Source: an uncultured virus (IMG/VR IMGVR_UViG_3300021426_000069) (taxonomy: Duplodnaviria > Heunggongvirae > Uroviricota > Caudoviricetes). From it: a stretch of 64,000 bases of DNA. Shown piece by piece: positions 24,314 to 34,579 of the stretch. The position numbers were made by a program, and so were the translations under genes. The first letter of the stretch is position 1. The number at the start of each line of letters is the position of its first letter. A model generated the notes under the pieces. It made no database searches and was not told the origin of the DNA. It was given only the letters and a program-made list of their open reading frames with translations. Location: IMG/VR virus record IMGVR_UViG_3300021426_000069; one strand, 5' to 3'.

Positions 24314-25122
24314 TATTCTTCCTCCTCTTTTTTCATTACTACTTTTATTTTTTGTTCTTCTAATGTTTTTGCTAAATGTGCAATAGTTTCACATATAGTA
24401 CAGTTAGATCCCTTTAAGCATTTCTTTCCGCATCTTATACGATTTTCCGCAAATCTTGGAACTATATATTGACTACTAATATCAATATTGCAATCGCTAA
24501 TGATTTCTTTTAGAGGCCCATTCCATTTTTTATCAACAGCATAAATATCATATAATACACCTTCTTTTGATGTATCTGTTGTGATAAATTCTAAAACATC
24601 TAAATAAGGTTCATATTGAACGACATCTTCAGGTCTAATAAAAAACTTTTTAATTTCTGGTGTATCAATCCAACTTGCTTGAGCAATATTAGGAAAGGCT
24701 CTTAATTGAATATTTGCGGCATGCGCCTTTTCTGCACATAGATCTAATTCAAAACCTAAATGTTCAACTATATAAATATCAGATACTCCTAATTTTATTA
24801 AAGCATTAAAAGTATCCCAATCATTAACTAATTTGCTTAAGAAATAAGGCATATGAGCTTCTTTTGTATCTTCCACGAACTTTTTATCATAAGTAGAAAA
24901 TTTTAAAGTAAAAATAGGTTGCTTCTCATATATCGCTTTAAGAAGCTTCATATCTTCATCTGTAAAGTTTTCTATATCTATATTTATTATTATTCTTTTC
25001 TTTCTATATTTTTCTAAAAACTCTGGTAAAGTGGTATCTGATCTGTTAAAGTTTATAGATAACTCATCTGCTTTATTCATTAACTGTTCTTTATTTGGTC
25101 GATAAGTTAAACAATATTTCAT
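24313..25122 (-). CDS. hypothetical protein, possibly peptidase-U32-like with Cys cluster
   Basis: LGVSDIYI...FFIRPEDV..YE; C-terminal C...C.....C..C. Confidence 0.55.
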   Translation of the reverse strand: MKYCLTYRPNKEQLMNKADELSINFNRSDTTLPEFLEKYRKKRIIINIDIENFTDEDMKLLKAIYEKQPIFTLKFSTYDKKFVEDTKEAHMPYFLSKLVNDWDTFNALIKLGVSDIYIVEHLGFELDLCAEKAHAANIQLRAFPNIAQASWIDTPEIKKFFIRPEDVVQYEPYLDVLEFITTDTSKEGVLYDIYAVDKKWNGPLKEIISDCNIDISSQYIVPRFAENRIRCGKKCLKGSNCTICETIAHLAKTLEEQKIKVVMKKEEEE

Positions 25123-25179
25123 ATTTCCACCTTTCTTAACTAGAAATAGAGCGGGTTTAAGCCCGCCCTGTTAATGTTA

Positions 25180-25545
25180 TTAAACTAATTTATATGCTTT
25201 TACTGTTTTTCCAGTTTCTTCATTTTTAACATCAGTTTTTTCAGCGATTTCAGCTTTAACTAATTGAGTTAATCTAGCAGTAACTTTTGCTTTTGTTACT
25301 TCTTCTCCTTCAACTTTTCCTGTGATTTCATCGATAGTTTGGAATTCATTTGTTAATACAGCTTGAACTGCTTCTCTTAAAGCATCTCCTTCTGCTCTCT
25401 TAGCTGCTGCTCTTTCTTTTGCTTTTTCAGCTTTTGCATCAATTGCTGCGATTTCTTTTTCACAGAATGCAACTAATGTTTCATCTTCTGCAACGATTTC
25501 CTTAATCATTTCATAAAATTCTCTTTTTGTAGTTTTCTTTTCCAT
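25180..25545 (-). CDS. winged-helix-like DNA-binding protein (paralogue of 3553..3915)
   Basis: Same architecture: MEK.T(T)K.E....IK.IV ... T..EI ... KVTARLTQLV. Confidence 0.6.
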   Translation of the reverse strand: MEKKTTKREFYEMIKEIVAEDETLVAFCEKEIAAIDAKAEKAKERAAAKRAEGDALREAVQAVLTNEFQTIDEITGKVEGEEVTKAKVTARLTQLVKAEIAEKTDVKNEETGKTVKAYKLV

Positions 25546-25622
25546 AATATTTTTCCTCCTTCATTTTTTCTATATTTATTATATCAAAATTTTTTGTAAA
25601 AATCAACTGGGTCTCGTGCGGA

Positions 25623-25916
25623 CTAGAACAATGATTTATGGACTTCTTTATAATACTTTTCAATGTCCTTTTTTAGTTTGTTTAAATCAAAAGGTGTTAA
25701 ATCAGATGGACTACAATTTAATTGTTTAAATATTATATTTTGAATATCTTCATCATTGATGTCATACCCTTCGTCTATTGCTTGTTTAAAGCCATCTGTT
25801 AATTTTTGTCTGTCAACATCACTTTGCATTATCCAGCCTGTTGCTCCATTAAACTTTCCATTATAAGCATCATCGCCTCTAAATGTGCTAAATGGATGTA
25901 GAATATCGAAATCCAT
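25623..25916 (-). CDS. hypothetical protein
   Basis: ORF with own promoter and RBS. Confidence 0.65.
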   Translation of the reverse strand: MDFDILHPFSTFRGDDAYNGKFNGATGWIMQSDVDRQKLTDGFKQAIDEGYDINDEDIQNIIFKQLNCSPSDLTPFDLNKLKKDIEKYYKEVHKSLF

Positions 25917-25985
25917 AATAATCACTTCCTTTTTTCTTTTTACATTATTATTATATAATATTTTTTTATAAAAATCAATAGCAAA

Positions 25986-26666
25986 TTATGAATCGAATGA
26001 TGAATAATCAACTAAGACTGGTCTATTTCCAATATACCCAATATTACCATCGTGCAAGTCGTTAATTCCTACTGTTCTAATAAACTCTAATAATTTATGA
26101 AATACCTTTTCTCCATAATAATGAAATGCATCGCTTAACCATTCAAGGTTAAACATATAAAAATTATTACTATTACAAATTGAACTTACTTGACGACTAT
26201 CTTCTTCAGTATGTGAAGATTGATAATCAATACTTTTATAAATATCTGCAAGTTCTTGCATATATATTGGGTATCCATCAATATCTCCTATTTTTTTAGT
26301 TTTTGCAAAACATTGTGCTAAACCTTCTTCTTCAGCTCTTTCATATTTATTTGCCTCTGCCTCACAATAATCCCAACCATTGTCAGTATCCGCACCAGTA
26401 AAATAACAACATTCATATTCACCATATGCACTGTTGTAATAACAATCTTCTGAATTACGACAGAAAGGTATTTTGATTACAAACCCTAATTGTTCAAATA
26501 TTAAGACACCTTTAGTAGCCCCTGTTGCATAATCAAATGGTTTCTTATATTTTTCTGAAAAGGGTTGAACCACGATTGGATAAAAATCAGCCTCATCATT
26601 TTCATCAAAAGTTCCATATGATAATGCCTCTAATATTTCATCTAAATCTTCTTTTCGTGCTTCCAT
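25986..26666 (-). CDS. protein-kinase-like (PKL fold) protein
   Basis: GATKGV loop, FVIKIP lysine, E..E helix, DLHDGNIG catalytic loop, LVDY. Confidence 0.75.
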   Translation of the reverse strand: MEARKEDLDEILEALSYGTFDENDEADFYPIVVQPFSEKYKKPFDYATGATKGVLIFEQLGFVIKIPFCRNSEDCYYNSAYGEYECCYFTGADTDNGWDYCEAEANKYERAEEEGLAQCFAKTKKIGDIDGYPIYMQELADIYKSIDYQSSHTEEDSRQVSSICNSNNFYMFNLEWLSDAFHYYGEKVFHKLLEFIRTVGINDLHDGNIGYIGNRPVLVDYSSFDS

Positions 26667-26845
26667 AATTCCCTCTCCTTTCTTTTTACATTATTATTAT
26701 ATTATAATTTTTGTAAAAAATAAAATAAGAAACTTTAAAAAAGTCCTTAGTGAAATTTTGTGCTTTTCAAATTTCTAAAACAATTTTATAATAAAATATG
26801 AAAAAAATCAAAAAGGTTTCTTTGTTTGAGTGCGGAAATGATTAA

Positions 26846-26874
26846 TTGATTTTATAAAAAAATCATTATATAAT
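26846..26874 (+). promoter_or_regulatory. first rightward sigma-A/70-type promoter at the strand switch
   Basis: TTGATT-N17-TATAAT. Confidence 0.75.
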
Positions 26875-26906
26875 ATATATAATATTAAAAAAAGGAGATG
26901 ATTTAT

Positions 26907-27599
26907 ATGGCTAAATATGCTTTTACTGATATTCATGGCAACTATGATTTATGGTTAGCCATAAAGAATTATTGTAAAGAAGATGATGAAATATTCTTTC
27001 TAGGAGATGCAATTGATCGCGGTCCAGATGGAATTAAAATTATGCAAGAATTATTTAAGGATAAAAGAGTTACTTATATAATAGGTAATCACGAAGATAT
27101 GTTTTTAGATTATGTAAAAAATATTAATATGGCGTTATTAGTACAAAAAAGTATAATTATAGAAAATAAAACACTAGTAACACTTCGAGCTTTTCAAGCT
27201 CTAAGTGAACAAGAGCAAGAAGAATTAGTATATAACTTAAAAACAAAAACTGTTTATAAAACATTATATATAAATAAGGATAATAAAAAAATTTATTTAT
27301 CACATTCTGGATTTAGTTTTAAAGATTTATTAAGTGATAGACCTGCGGATTTCATCTGGAACCGCAATCATTTAACTGAGACAGAATGGTATGGAGATGA
27401 AAATACTTATATAGTACATGGACATTCACCTGTTCAATATCTACAAACAAAAGTAAAAGAATTGGAAGGGAAAAAGTCTATAACTATTTGTAAATATTGT
27501 CATCAACATAAAATAGATTTAGATCTAGCAACTTTTGTATCAAAAAAAATTGCTTTACTTGATTTAGACACCCTAGAACCTATATACTTTGTAGAATAG
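26907..27599 (+). CDS. Ser/Thr protein phosphatase-like metallophosphoesterase
   Basis: DIHG, GDAIDRG, GNHE, SHSG, HGHSP motifs. Confidence 0.9.
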   Translation: MAKYAFTDIHGNYDLWLAIKNYCKEDDEIFFLGDAIDRGPDGIKIMQELFKDKRVTYIIGNHEDMFLDYVKNINMALLVQKSIIIENKTLVTLRAFQALSEQEQEELVYNLKTKTVYKTLYINKDNKKIYLSHSGFSFKDLLSDRPADFIWNRNHLTETEWYGDENTYIVHGHSPVQYLQTKVKELEGKKSITICKYCHQHKIDLDLATFVSKKIALLDLDTLEPIYFVE

Positions 27600-27653
27600 T
27601 TGATATTTTTCAAAAATTATTATATAATATATATAGAAAGGGAGGAATTTGAT

Positions 27654-28199
27654 ATGAAGATTATGTTGCCAAAGATAAATATAAACATAGAAAGATGGAA
27701 ATATAATAAAGATTACGAAATTTATGTTTCAACTCTTGGTAATTTTAAAGACAAAAATAAAAAGACACTGCCTTTGAAAATTCATAGCGGAAAAGGGTAT
27801 GTAATGATACCAACCCCTCACGGAATAAAGGCTGCTCATAGATTGGTTATGTTAACATTTAAACCAAATAAAAATGCTTCTGAATTAACTGTTGACCATT
27901 TAGACCATAATAAGAGAAATAATAGTCTTGCTAATTTAGAGTGGGTTAGTGTTAAAGAGAACTTACAAAGAGCTCAAAGAGATTTATATGAAGAAGAACT
28001 TCATTCTAATCGTGATAAAAATAAATTACAACTCACAGCGAAAGGGCAGTTTTTTAATAGCCTTGATGAAGCGGTTGAATGGTTGGTTGCAGAAAAACTT
28101 ATAATGCCTAATTCAAGTATATTAAAATTAAAAAAAGGTATTAAACATTCAATAAGAACACAAAAGCCTTATTGTAATGTGCAATGGGATTTAGTTTAA
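27654..28199 (+). CDS. HNH homing endonuclease (NUMOD4-like N-terminus)
   Basis: YVSTLG, HRLV...F, VDHLDHNKRNN...NLEWV...EN. Confidence 0.88.
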   Translation: MKIMLPKININIERWKYNKDYEIYVSTLGNFKDKNKKTLPLKIHSGKGYVMIPTPHGIKAAHRLVMLTFKPNKNASELTVDHLDHNKRNNSLANLEWVSVKENLQRAQRDLYEEELHSNRDKNKLQLTAKGQFFNSLDEAVEWLVAEKLIMPNSSILKLKKGIKHSIRTQKPYCNVQWDLV

Positions 28200-28218
28200 T
28201 AAGAAAGGAGAATTAAAA

Positions 28219-29481
28219 ATGTTAAATCCAAAAACAAAACAAAGAGAACTTGCTTACACTGTTAAAATTGATGATATACTTCCAATAGAAGGTTCAGATA
28301 ATTGTGAATGTGCGGTAGTAGGTGGATGGCATGTAATGACTAGAAAAGGTACTTTTAAACCAGGCGATATAGCTGTTTATTTTGAAATAGATAGTAAATT
28401 ACCTGAAAGACAATGGTCAGAGTTTCTAGCTTCTAAACATTATAAAATAAAAACTCAAAAATATACTTTTGGAGGAAAAGGAAACTTTGTATCTCAAGGT
28501 TTACTTATGGCTCTTGGAGATTTTTGTGAAAATGGAGGAACACTTGCTTGCATTGCCGCAATTCAAATGGGTTGGAATGTAGCTAAGCTACATGAACTAC
28601 CAGGTGATGAATATATAAATATTCCATTAACTGATGAACTTGGAGTTATTTATTCTGTCATAGAAGATAATAAAAGAAAATCTAATGCTGATAAATATAG
28701 TAGAATGTATCAAAGACACATAAAATTATTTAAAAAGCATAAATTATTAAGAACTCTATATAAATATACTTGGGGTAAAAAATTCTTATTTATCTTCTTA
28801 GGAAAGAAAAGAGATGGAAGAAGCTGGCCTGCATGGGTAGTTAAAACAGATGAAGAAAGAGTTCAAAATATGCCATTCTTATTCCCTGGTAACCCAGAAA
28901 AAGAATGGATGGTAACAGAAAAAATTGATGGAACTTCAACAACATTTACTATGAAAAGACTAAAAAGAAATAAGTATGACTTTTATGTATGTTCAAGAAA
29001 TGTATGTTTTGATAAACCTGATAAAAAATGTTATTATGAAACAAATGTTTATACTGAAATGGCAGAAAAATACAATGCCGAAGAAGTTTTAAAAAACATT
29101 TTAGATACTCATAAAGAATTTGAATTTGTAACAATTCAAGGAGAAACTTATGGTAAGAGTGTTCAAAATAGAGATTATAGCATAGACTATGTTGATTTTG
29201 CAGCATTTAACTTAATATTTGGATACAAAGATGGAGCAACAAAAAGATTAAATCCAAGAGAAATGACTGAAATATTAGTAAATACATATAATATTCCTTG
29301 TGTTCCAATATTAGACGAACATTTCATTTTACCAGAAACTTGTGATGAAATGGTTGCATATGCAGATGGCATATCGCAACTAGATGGAGAAATGAGAGAA
29401 GGAGTTGTATTAAGAACTCTAGATGGTAGAGAAAGTTTTAAAGCTGTATCTAACGAATTCTTAATTAAATACCATCAATAG
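28219..29481 (+). CDS. RNA ligase (Rnl2 / DRB0094-like) with N-terminal OB domain
   Basis: TEKIDG motif I, SRN, QGETYG, FAAFN, EGVV, FKAVS. Confidence 0.9.
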   Translation: MLNPKTKQRELAYTVKIDDILPIEGSDNCECAVVGGWHVMTRKGTFKPGDIAVYFEIDSKLPERQWSEFLASKHYKIKTQKYTFGGKGNFVSQGLLMALGDFCENGGTLACIAAIQMGWNVAKLHELPGDEYINIPLTDELGVIYSVIEDNKRKSNADKYSRMYQRHIKLFKKHKLLRTLYKYTWGKKFLFIFLGKKRDGRSWPAWVVKTDEERVQNMPFLFPGNPEKEWMVTEKIDGTSTTFTMKRLKRNKYDFYVCSRNVCFDKPDKKCYYETNVYTEMAEKYNAEEVLKNILDTHKEFEFVTIQGETYGKSVQNRDYSIDYVDFAAFNLIFGYKDGATKRLNPREMTEILVNTYNIPCVPILDEHFILPETCDEMVAYADGISQLDGEMREGVVLRTLDGRESFKAVSNEFLIKYHQ

Positions 29482-29573
29482 TAAGATTACCGCCTTATAA
29501 AGCGGTAATTTTATTTTTATAAAATTTTATGATATAATATATATGTAAATATAAAAGAAAGGAAATGATAATT

Positions 29574-29795
29574 ATGAATAAGATAATAAAAAATGCAGTA
29601 AAATGTTTAAAATGTGGCGATATTATCGAGTCTGTTCATCGTCATGATTTTGTAACTTGTTCATGCGGAAATGTGTCAGTTGATGGTGGAAAAGACTATC
29701 TTCGTAGATGCTTCCAAGAAGAGAACAGTTACATTGAAATGTCTAAAACAGAGGAGGTAGTCGATAATGTCGAAAACATTCCAAATAAAGACTAG
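29574..29795 (+). CDS. small zinc-ribbon protein
   Basis: C..CGDIIES..RHDF..C.CG.V.VDGG. Confidence 0.75.
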   Translation: MNKIIKNAVKCLKCGDIIESVHRHDFVTCSCGNVSVDGGKDYLRRCFQEENSYIEMSKTEEVVDNVENIPNKD

Positions 29796-30135
29796 TAGAT
29801 TTTTCTGCACTAAATGCGGAAAAGAAGGACTTCCAGTTCATCGTAAAAAAGGTCAAGAAAGAAAAGGTGGACATTTAAAGAAATTATATTGTATTTATTG
29901 TGGAGAGGAAACAAATCACGCAGAAATAAAAGAAAATGATAATTATACTTATGAAACTTTTAGAGAAGAGTTTGAAGCAGGAAGATTTGTAGAAGGTAAT
30001 CGTTATGAGATTAATGAGCTTTTAAGTTGCACAAAAATAGATTGCCCATATAATAAGAATGGTAGGTGTTGGAACTCAGACTTTTCAAATGATTGTGGTC
30101 ATAGAATAAAAAAGGAGTTGAATGAAAATGAGTAA
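29767..30135 (+). CDS. Cys-rich zinc-binding protein
   Basis: CTKC, HLKKLYCIYC and a second Cys cluster. Confidence 0.7.
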   Translation: MSKTFQIKTSRFFCTKCGKEGLPVHRKKGQERKGGHLKKLYCIYCGEETNHAEIKENDNYTYETFREEFEAGRFVEGNRYEINELLSCTKIDCPYNKNGRCWNSDFSNDCGHRIKKELNENE

Positions 30136-30637
30136 ACTATATATTATGATGGGAATACCTGGTTCAGGAAAATCAACTTGGTGTGAAGAAAATATATCTA
30201 ATAAAGATAATTACGTATCAAGAGATAGAGTTAGATTTGGCTTGCTAAAAGCAGGAGATAGTTATTTTTCAAAAGAAAATGAGGTTTATAAAGAATTTGT
30301 TAATATTATCAATAGAAAATTAATGACAAATAAAGAAGTTTATGTTGATCAAACCTCTTTAGACTCAAGAGCAAGAAAAAAACTATTAAATTCTTTACAA
30401 GTTAAACCTGATGAAGTTCATGTTATCTGGTTAAAAACACCTCTTCAAAAAAGTTTACTTTATAATGCAAAAAGAAAAGGTCTTGAAAGAGTTCCCGATC
30501 ATTCTATTATACAAATGCATAGTAGGCTAGAAAGACCAACTTGGTCCGAAGGAATAAAATATCTTCATATTATAGAAAATGGAAAAGAAACTATTATAGA
30601 TTTAGAGGCGGAGGCGAATAAAGAATGGATTCTTTAG
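30128..30637 (+). CDS. polynucleotide kinase-like P-loop protein
   Basis: GIPGSGKST Walker A, SRD..R, VDQT, R...RVP, PT..EG. Confidence 0.85.
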   Translation: MSKLYIMMGIPGSGKSTWCEENISNKDNYVSRDRVRFGLLKAGDSYFSKENEVYKEFVNIINRKLMTNKEVYVDQTSLDSRARKKLLNSLQVKPDEVHVIWLKTPLQKSLLYNAKRKGLERVPDHSIIQMHSRLERPTWSEGIKYLHIIENGKETIIDLEAEANKEWIL

Positions 30638-31221
30638 AAAGAAAAATTTGGTTTACAAGCGATACCCATTTCGGACATCAAAGAGATTTTCTTTACGAAC
30701 CACGCGGATTTGCTAGCTCAGAGGAACATGATGCCGCAATCATTAAAAATTGGAACTCTGTTGTTGGCCCTGACGATGAGGTTTACCATCTTGGAGATGT
30801 GATGCTTGGAGATAATGAACACGGTATAAAATGCCTAGAGCAATTAAATGGAAGAATTCATATTCTTATAGGAAATCATGATACAGATACTCGTATTCAA
30901 CTTTATAGACAATGTAAAAATGTTGTTTCTATTGATTATGCTTTAAGAAAAAAGTTCGGGAAATACCACGTATGGCTATCACACTATCCAACAATTACCG
31001 CAAACTATGATGATGATAAGCCATGGGCTAAACATATGGTAAATATTTATGGACATACACATCAACAATCTAAATTTTATTCAGATAACCCATATATGTA
31101 TTGCGTTTGTCTAGATGCCCATGATAATAAGCTAGTTTCTCTTGAGCAAATAGTAGAAGATGTAAAAGAGAAAAAAATTGCGTTAGATAATTCCATAGGC
31201 GGACAGCCTTGGTTCTATTAA
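30625..31221 (+). CDS. calcineurin-like phosphoesterase
   Basis: SDTHFGH, HLGD, GNHD, SHYP, GHTH. Confidence 0.9.
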   Translation: MDSLERKIWFTSDTHFGHQRDFLYEPRGFASSEEHDAAIIKNWNSVVGPDDEVYHLGDVMLGDNEHGIKCLEQLNGRIHILIGNHDTDTRIQLYRQCKNVVSIDYALRKKFGKYHVWLSHYPTITANYDDDKPWAKHMVNIYGHTHQQSKFYSDNPYMYCVCLDAHDNKLVSLEQIVEDVKEKKIALDNSIGGQPWFY

Positions 31222-31230
31222 GGAGGAAAT

Positions 31231-31419
31231 ATGTTAGGTTTATATGCGATTTTAAGAACATTAATTACAATAATATGGATTGTCGATATATTAAATATAG
31301 ACTTTCTTATTAATGGGGTTCATGTAGCAGAATTCCTTGATGTTACAGTCCCAATAAACGGTTGGTTTTGGCTATTAATATGGTTATGTTTACCAACAAT
31401 AAGTTCTAGAGAGGAGTAA
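31231..31419 (+). CDS. small membrane protein
   Basis: Hydrophobic, AAGGAGG RBS. Confidence 0.65.
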   Translation: MLGLYAILRTLITIIWIVDILNIDFLINGVHVAEFLDVTVPINGWFWLLIWLCLPTISSREE

Positions 31420-31425
31420 GATAAG

Positions 31426-31836
31426 ATGTTTAAATTAGTAAAATCAAATTATGATAAAGAAGATGGAGTTTCTTTTGTTGAAATCCAAACTGATTATGGT
31501 AATTTCTGCGACTATTCATTTTTAAGTCCTGATGATAAAGACGTAGCATCTAGCTTTTTAGGATGCGAATTAGCAGAATATAGAGCTACTATACAATATT
31601 TTGAAAAGTGCTTAGCAAGAGTAAACATTCAAATAAATTGTTTAGAAGATTTAAAAACTAGATTAGGACATGAAGAACCTGCGTTAGAAAAAAGATTAAA
31701 ACAATATAAAGATTATAAAAAAGAAATTACAAGCAATATAAAATCTTTAAAAGAAGTTATTAACAATAAACTAGAGAACAGACTAGTTATAATTGACCAT
31801 ATGAAAAAATTAAAAGAAAAAAAGACAGAGGAGTAA
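31426..31836 (+). CDS. hypothetical protein
   Basis: 136-aa ORF, RBS. Confidence 0.7.
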   Translation: MFKLVKSNYDKEDGVSFVEIQTDYGNFCDYSFLSPDDKDVASSFLGCELAEYRATIQYFEKCLARVNIQINCLEDLKTRLGHEEPALEKRLKQYKDYKKEITSNIKSLKEVINNKLENRLVIIDHMKKLKEKKTEE

Positions 31837-31899
31837 ATCCTCTGTTTTTTATTTGATTTTTTATAAAATATATAATATAATGAAATAAAGGTGATAAAA

Positions 31900-32400
31900 A
31901 TGATTAAAATATATTGTGATGGTAGTAGCCGCGGAAATCCTGGTGAAGGTGGATTTGGAGTGGCAGTAACCACTGAAAATAAACTAATAACAACTTATGG
32001 TAAACAATATGAAAATATTACTAATAATCAAGCAGAGTTAAAAGGACTCATATGGGCACTTAACCTAGCTACCACAGATTATAAAGACCAAGAAGTTGAG
32101 ATATATTCTGACTCTGCCTATTGTGTGAATATGTTTAATAGTTGGATTCATACTTGGGCTGGAAATAATTGGTTAAATAGCAAGAAAAAAGAGGTAGAAA
32201 ATATAGAGTTAGTAAAAACTTTATATCCTTTTGCGTGTATTGGTTTTCCTAACTTTGTAGTAAGAGATGTTCCAGGACATGCGGGAATACTTGGAAATGA
32301 AATAGCAGATGCGGTAGCATCAAAAAATCAGGCAAAATTAGAAAAGATTTTTGAAAATCATAAAGATTTCTGTTTCTCAAGTAAAATTTTTGATTTTTAA
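31900..32400 (+). CDS. rnhA: ribonuclease HI
   Basis: YCDGS..GNPG.GG, TNNQAEL, SDSAY, GHAG..GNE.AD. Confidence 0.93.
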   Translation: MIKIYCDGSSRGNPGEGGFGVAVTTENKLITTYGKQYENITNNQAELKGLIWALNLATTDYKDQEVEIYSDSAYCVNMFNSWIHTWAGNNWLNSKKKEVENIELVKTLYPFACIGFPNFVVRDVPGHAGILGNEIADAVASKNQAKLEKIFENHKDFCFSSKIFDF

Positions 32401-32451
32401 GAAAAATTATGATATAATAGATATATAGAAAAATGAAGAGAGGAGAAAAGT

Positions 32452-34392
32452 ATGGCAGATAAGAAATTATATACAAAGGATTCAATCGAGTCATTAAGTC
32501 CACTTGAGTTCACAAGACTTCGTCCTGGAGTTTATGCAGGAGACACTACTTATTCAACTCAATTATTAGTTGAAATAGTTTCTAATGCAGTGGATGAATT
32601 TAGACTAGGTCATGGGAATAAAATTGAAGTTAAAATAACTAAAGATCACATGATAGTTCGTGATTATGGACAAGGATTTTTAGTTAATGAAATGCGTGAA
32701 GACGGTAAAACAGTTCTTGAAGCAGCATTTAGTGTATTAAACACTTCTGGAAAATATAGAGAAGACGGTACTTATGAAGGAACTTCATTAGGTAGTTTTG
32801 GTATCGGTAGTAAAATAACAAACTTTTTAAGTCACAGATTAGATGTTACAACTTATAGAGATGGTAAATATGAAAATATTATATTTACAGAAGGAGTATT
32901 TGAGAGTAGAGCAACAGATACAATAGAAAATTTAATTAAAGCAACAAAGTGTGATGACCCTAATAGATTTGCGACAGGAACTGAAATTTATTGGTGGCCT
33001 AGCGAAGAATTCTTTACTCATACTGAAGTAGAAATAAGTAAAGTAAAAGATTTATTTAATGTTATTACATGTCTATGTCCAGGATTGCATATTAATTGCA
33101 ATATTTATGGAGAGGAATTTGATTATTATTCAGAACATGGTTTAAACGACCTTGTAGATGAAGCTGTAAAAGATAAAGAAATTATTACTAATAGATTTAA
33201 TATGAATTACAGTGAAGGTAAAGAAAAAATAGATATGGTATTAACTTATACTTCTAATTATTCACTTACTCTTGTTCCTTATGTTAATACAGGTTTAACA
33301 GAGAAAGGACCTCATATAACTCAAGTTAAAACAATCATAACAAGAGAATTTAATAAATTCTTTAGAGATAAAAAATGGTTAAAAGATAAAAATGAAAATT
33401 TAACTGGAGATGATATTCAAGAGGGAATGTATATAGTATTTAATATGACAGCCCCTAATGTTGCATATGATGCTCAAGTTAAATCAACAGTAACAAAATT
33501 AGATATGTCTAACTTTGCATCTATTATTGCAGTTAATCTTCAATATTGGTTAGCCTCTAATGAAAAAGAAATAAAAACTATCTTTGATAAAGCGGCAGCC
33601 GCTAGAAAAGCGAGAGAAGCAGCAAAGAATGCAAGAGAAAGAATTAGAGAAACTAATAAGAAAAAAGAAAAAGTATTAAAATTTGATAGTAAATTAGCAG
33701 ATTGCTTCAGTAAAGATAGAAGTAAATGTGAAATATATATCACAGAGGGAGATTCTGCAAGTGGAAACTTAAAGACGGCTCGTGATAATGAGTTCCAAGC
33801 TGTAATGCCAGTTCGTGGTAAGATACTTAATACTCAAAAAGCAACATTAGATAAAATTCAAAAAAATGCAGAAATTATGACAATGATAGAAGCATTTGGT
33901 TTAACTATTGATGTAAAGAATATGAAAGTTACATATGAGCCTGAAGATTTAAGATATGGCAAAATAATTATAATGTCAGATGCCGATGTCGATGGTGCTC
34001 ATATTAAGAACTTATTCTATACTTTTATATGGAATTTCTGTCCACAACTTATTCAAGATGGATATGTTTATGCGGGAGTACCTCCATTATATAAAGTAAC
34101 AATAGGAAAAGAATATAAATATATAAAGAATGATGAAGAATTAGAAAAATTTAAAAAAGAAAATCCAACAAAAAAATATACTGTTAATCGTATGAAAGGT
34201 TTAGGAGAAATGTCTGTTGAGGAAACCGAACAAACATTAACAGATCCAAATGAAAGAATTTTGAAACAAATAACAGTAGATGATGTTAGTGCAGCTAATG
34301 TACTATTTGAACAATTAATGGGAACAGGTGTAACAGCAAGAAAAGAATATATTAGATTACATTCTCAAGAAGCTGTTTACAACGCAGAATAG
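32452..34392 (+). CDS. gyrB: DNA gyrase / type IIA topoisomerase subunit B
   Basis: GHKL N..DE, D.GQG; TOPRIM EGDSA, PVRGKILN, DADVDG; KGLGEM. Confidence 0.93.
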   Translation: MADKKLYTKDSIESLSPLEFTRLRPGVYAGDTTYSTQLLVEIVSNAVDEFRLGHGNKIEVKITKDHMIVRDYGQGFLVNEMREDGKTVLEAAFSVLNTSGKYREDGTYEGTSLGSFGIGSKITNFLSHRLDVTTYRDGKYENIIFTEGVFESRATDTIENLIKATKCDDPNRFATGTEIYWWPSEEFFTHTEVEISKVKDLFNVITCLCPGLHINCNIYGEEFDYYSEHGLNDLVDEAVKDKEIITNRFNMNYSEGKEKIDMVLTYTSNYSLTLVPYVNTGLTEKGPHITQVKTIITREFNKFFRDKKWLKDKNENLTGDDIQEGMYIVFNMTAPNVAYDAQVKSTVTKLDMSNFASIIAVNLQYWLASNEKEIKTIFDKAAAARKAREAAKNARERIRETNKKKEKVLKFDSKLADCFSKDRSKCEIYITEGDSASGNLKTARDNEFQAVMPVRGKILNTQKATLDKIQKNAEIMTMIEAFGLTIDVKNMKVTYEPEDLRYGKIIIMSDADVDGAHIKNLFYTFIWNFCPQLIQDGYVYAGVPPLYKVTIGKEYKYIKNDEELEKFKKENPTKKYTVNRMKGLGEMSVEETEQTLTDPNERILKQITVDDVSAANVLFEQLMGTGVTARKEYIRLHSQEAVYNAE

Positions 34393-34402
34393 GAGGTGTC
34401 TT

Positions 34403-34579
34403 ATGAAAATAATGGTAAATGAAGAAACTCTTAAAATGATGAAAGACTTAATCCCAGACACTAAAAATGTTTTCGCAAAACTAAAGGCGGCAACAGATTT
34501 AATAAATAGTATAAAAGTTGAGATTAATAATAATTTAAAAGATGGAGAAATGATAATGGTAAAGGAGGATAATGAATAA
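34403..34579 (+). CDS. small hypothetical protein (58 aa, absent from ORF track)
   Basis: AGGAGGT RBS; stop overlaps gyrA start. Confidence 0.6.
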   Translation: MKIMVNEETLKMMKDLIPDTKNVFAKLKAATDLINSIKVEINNNLKDGEMIMVKEDNE

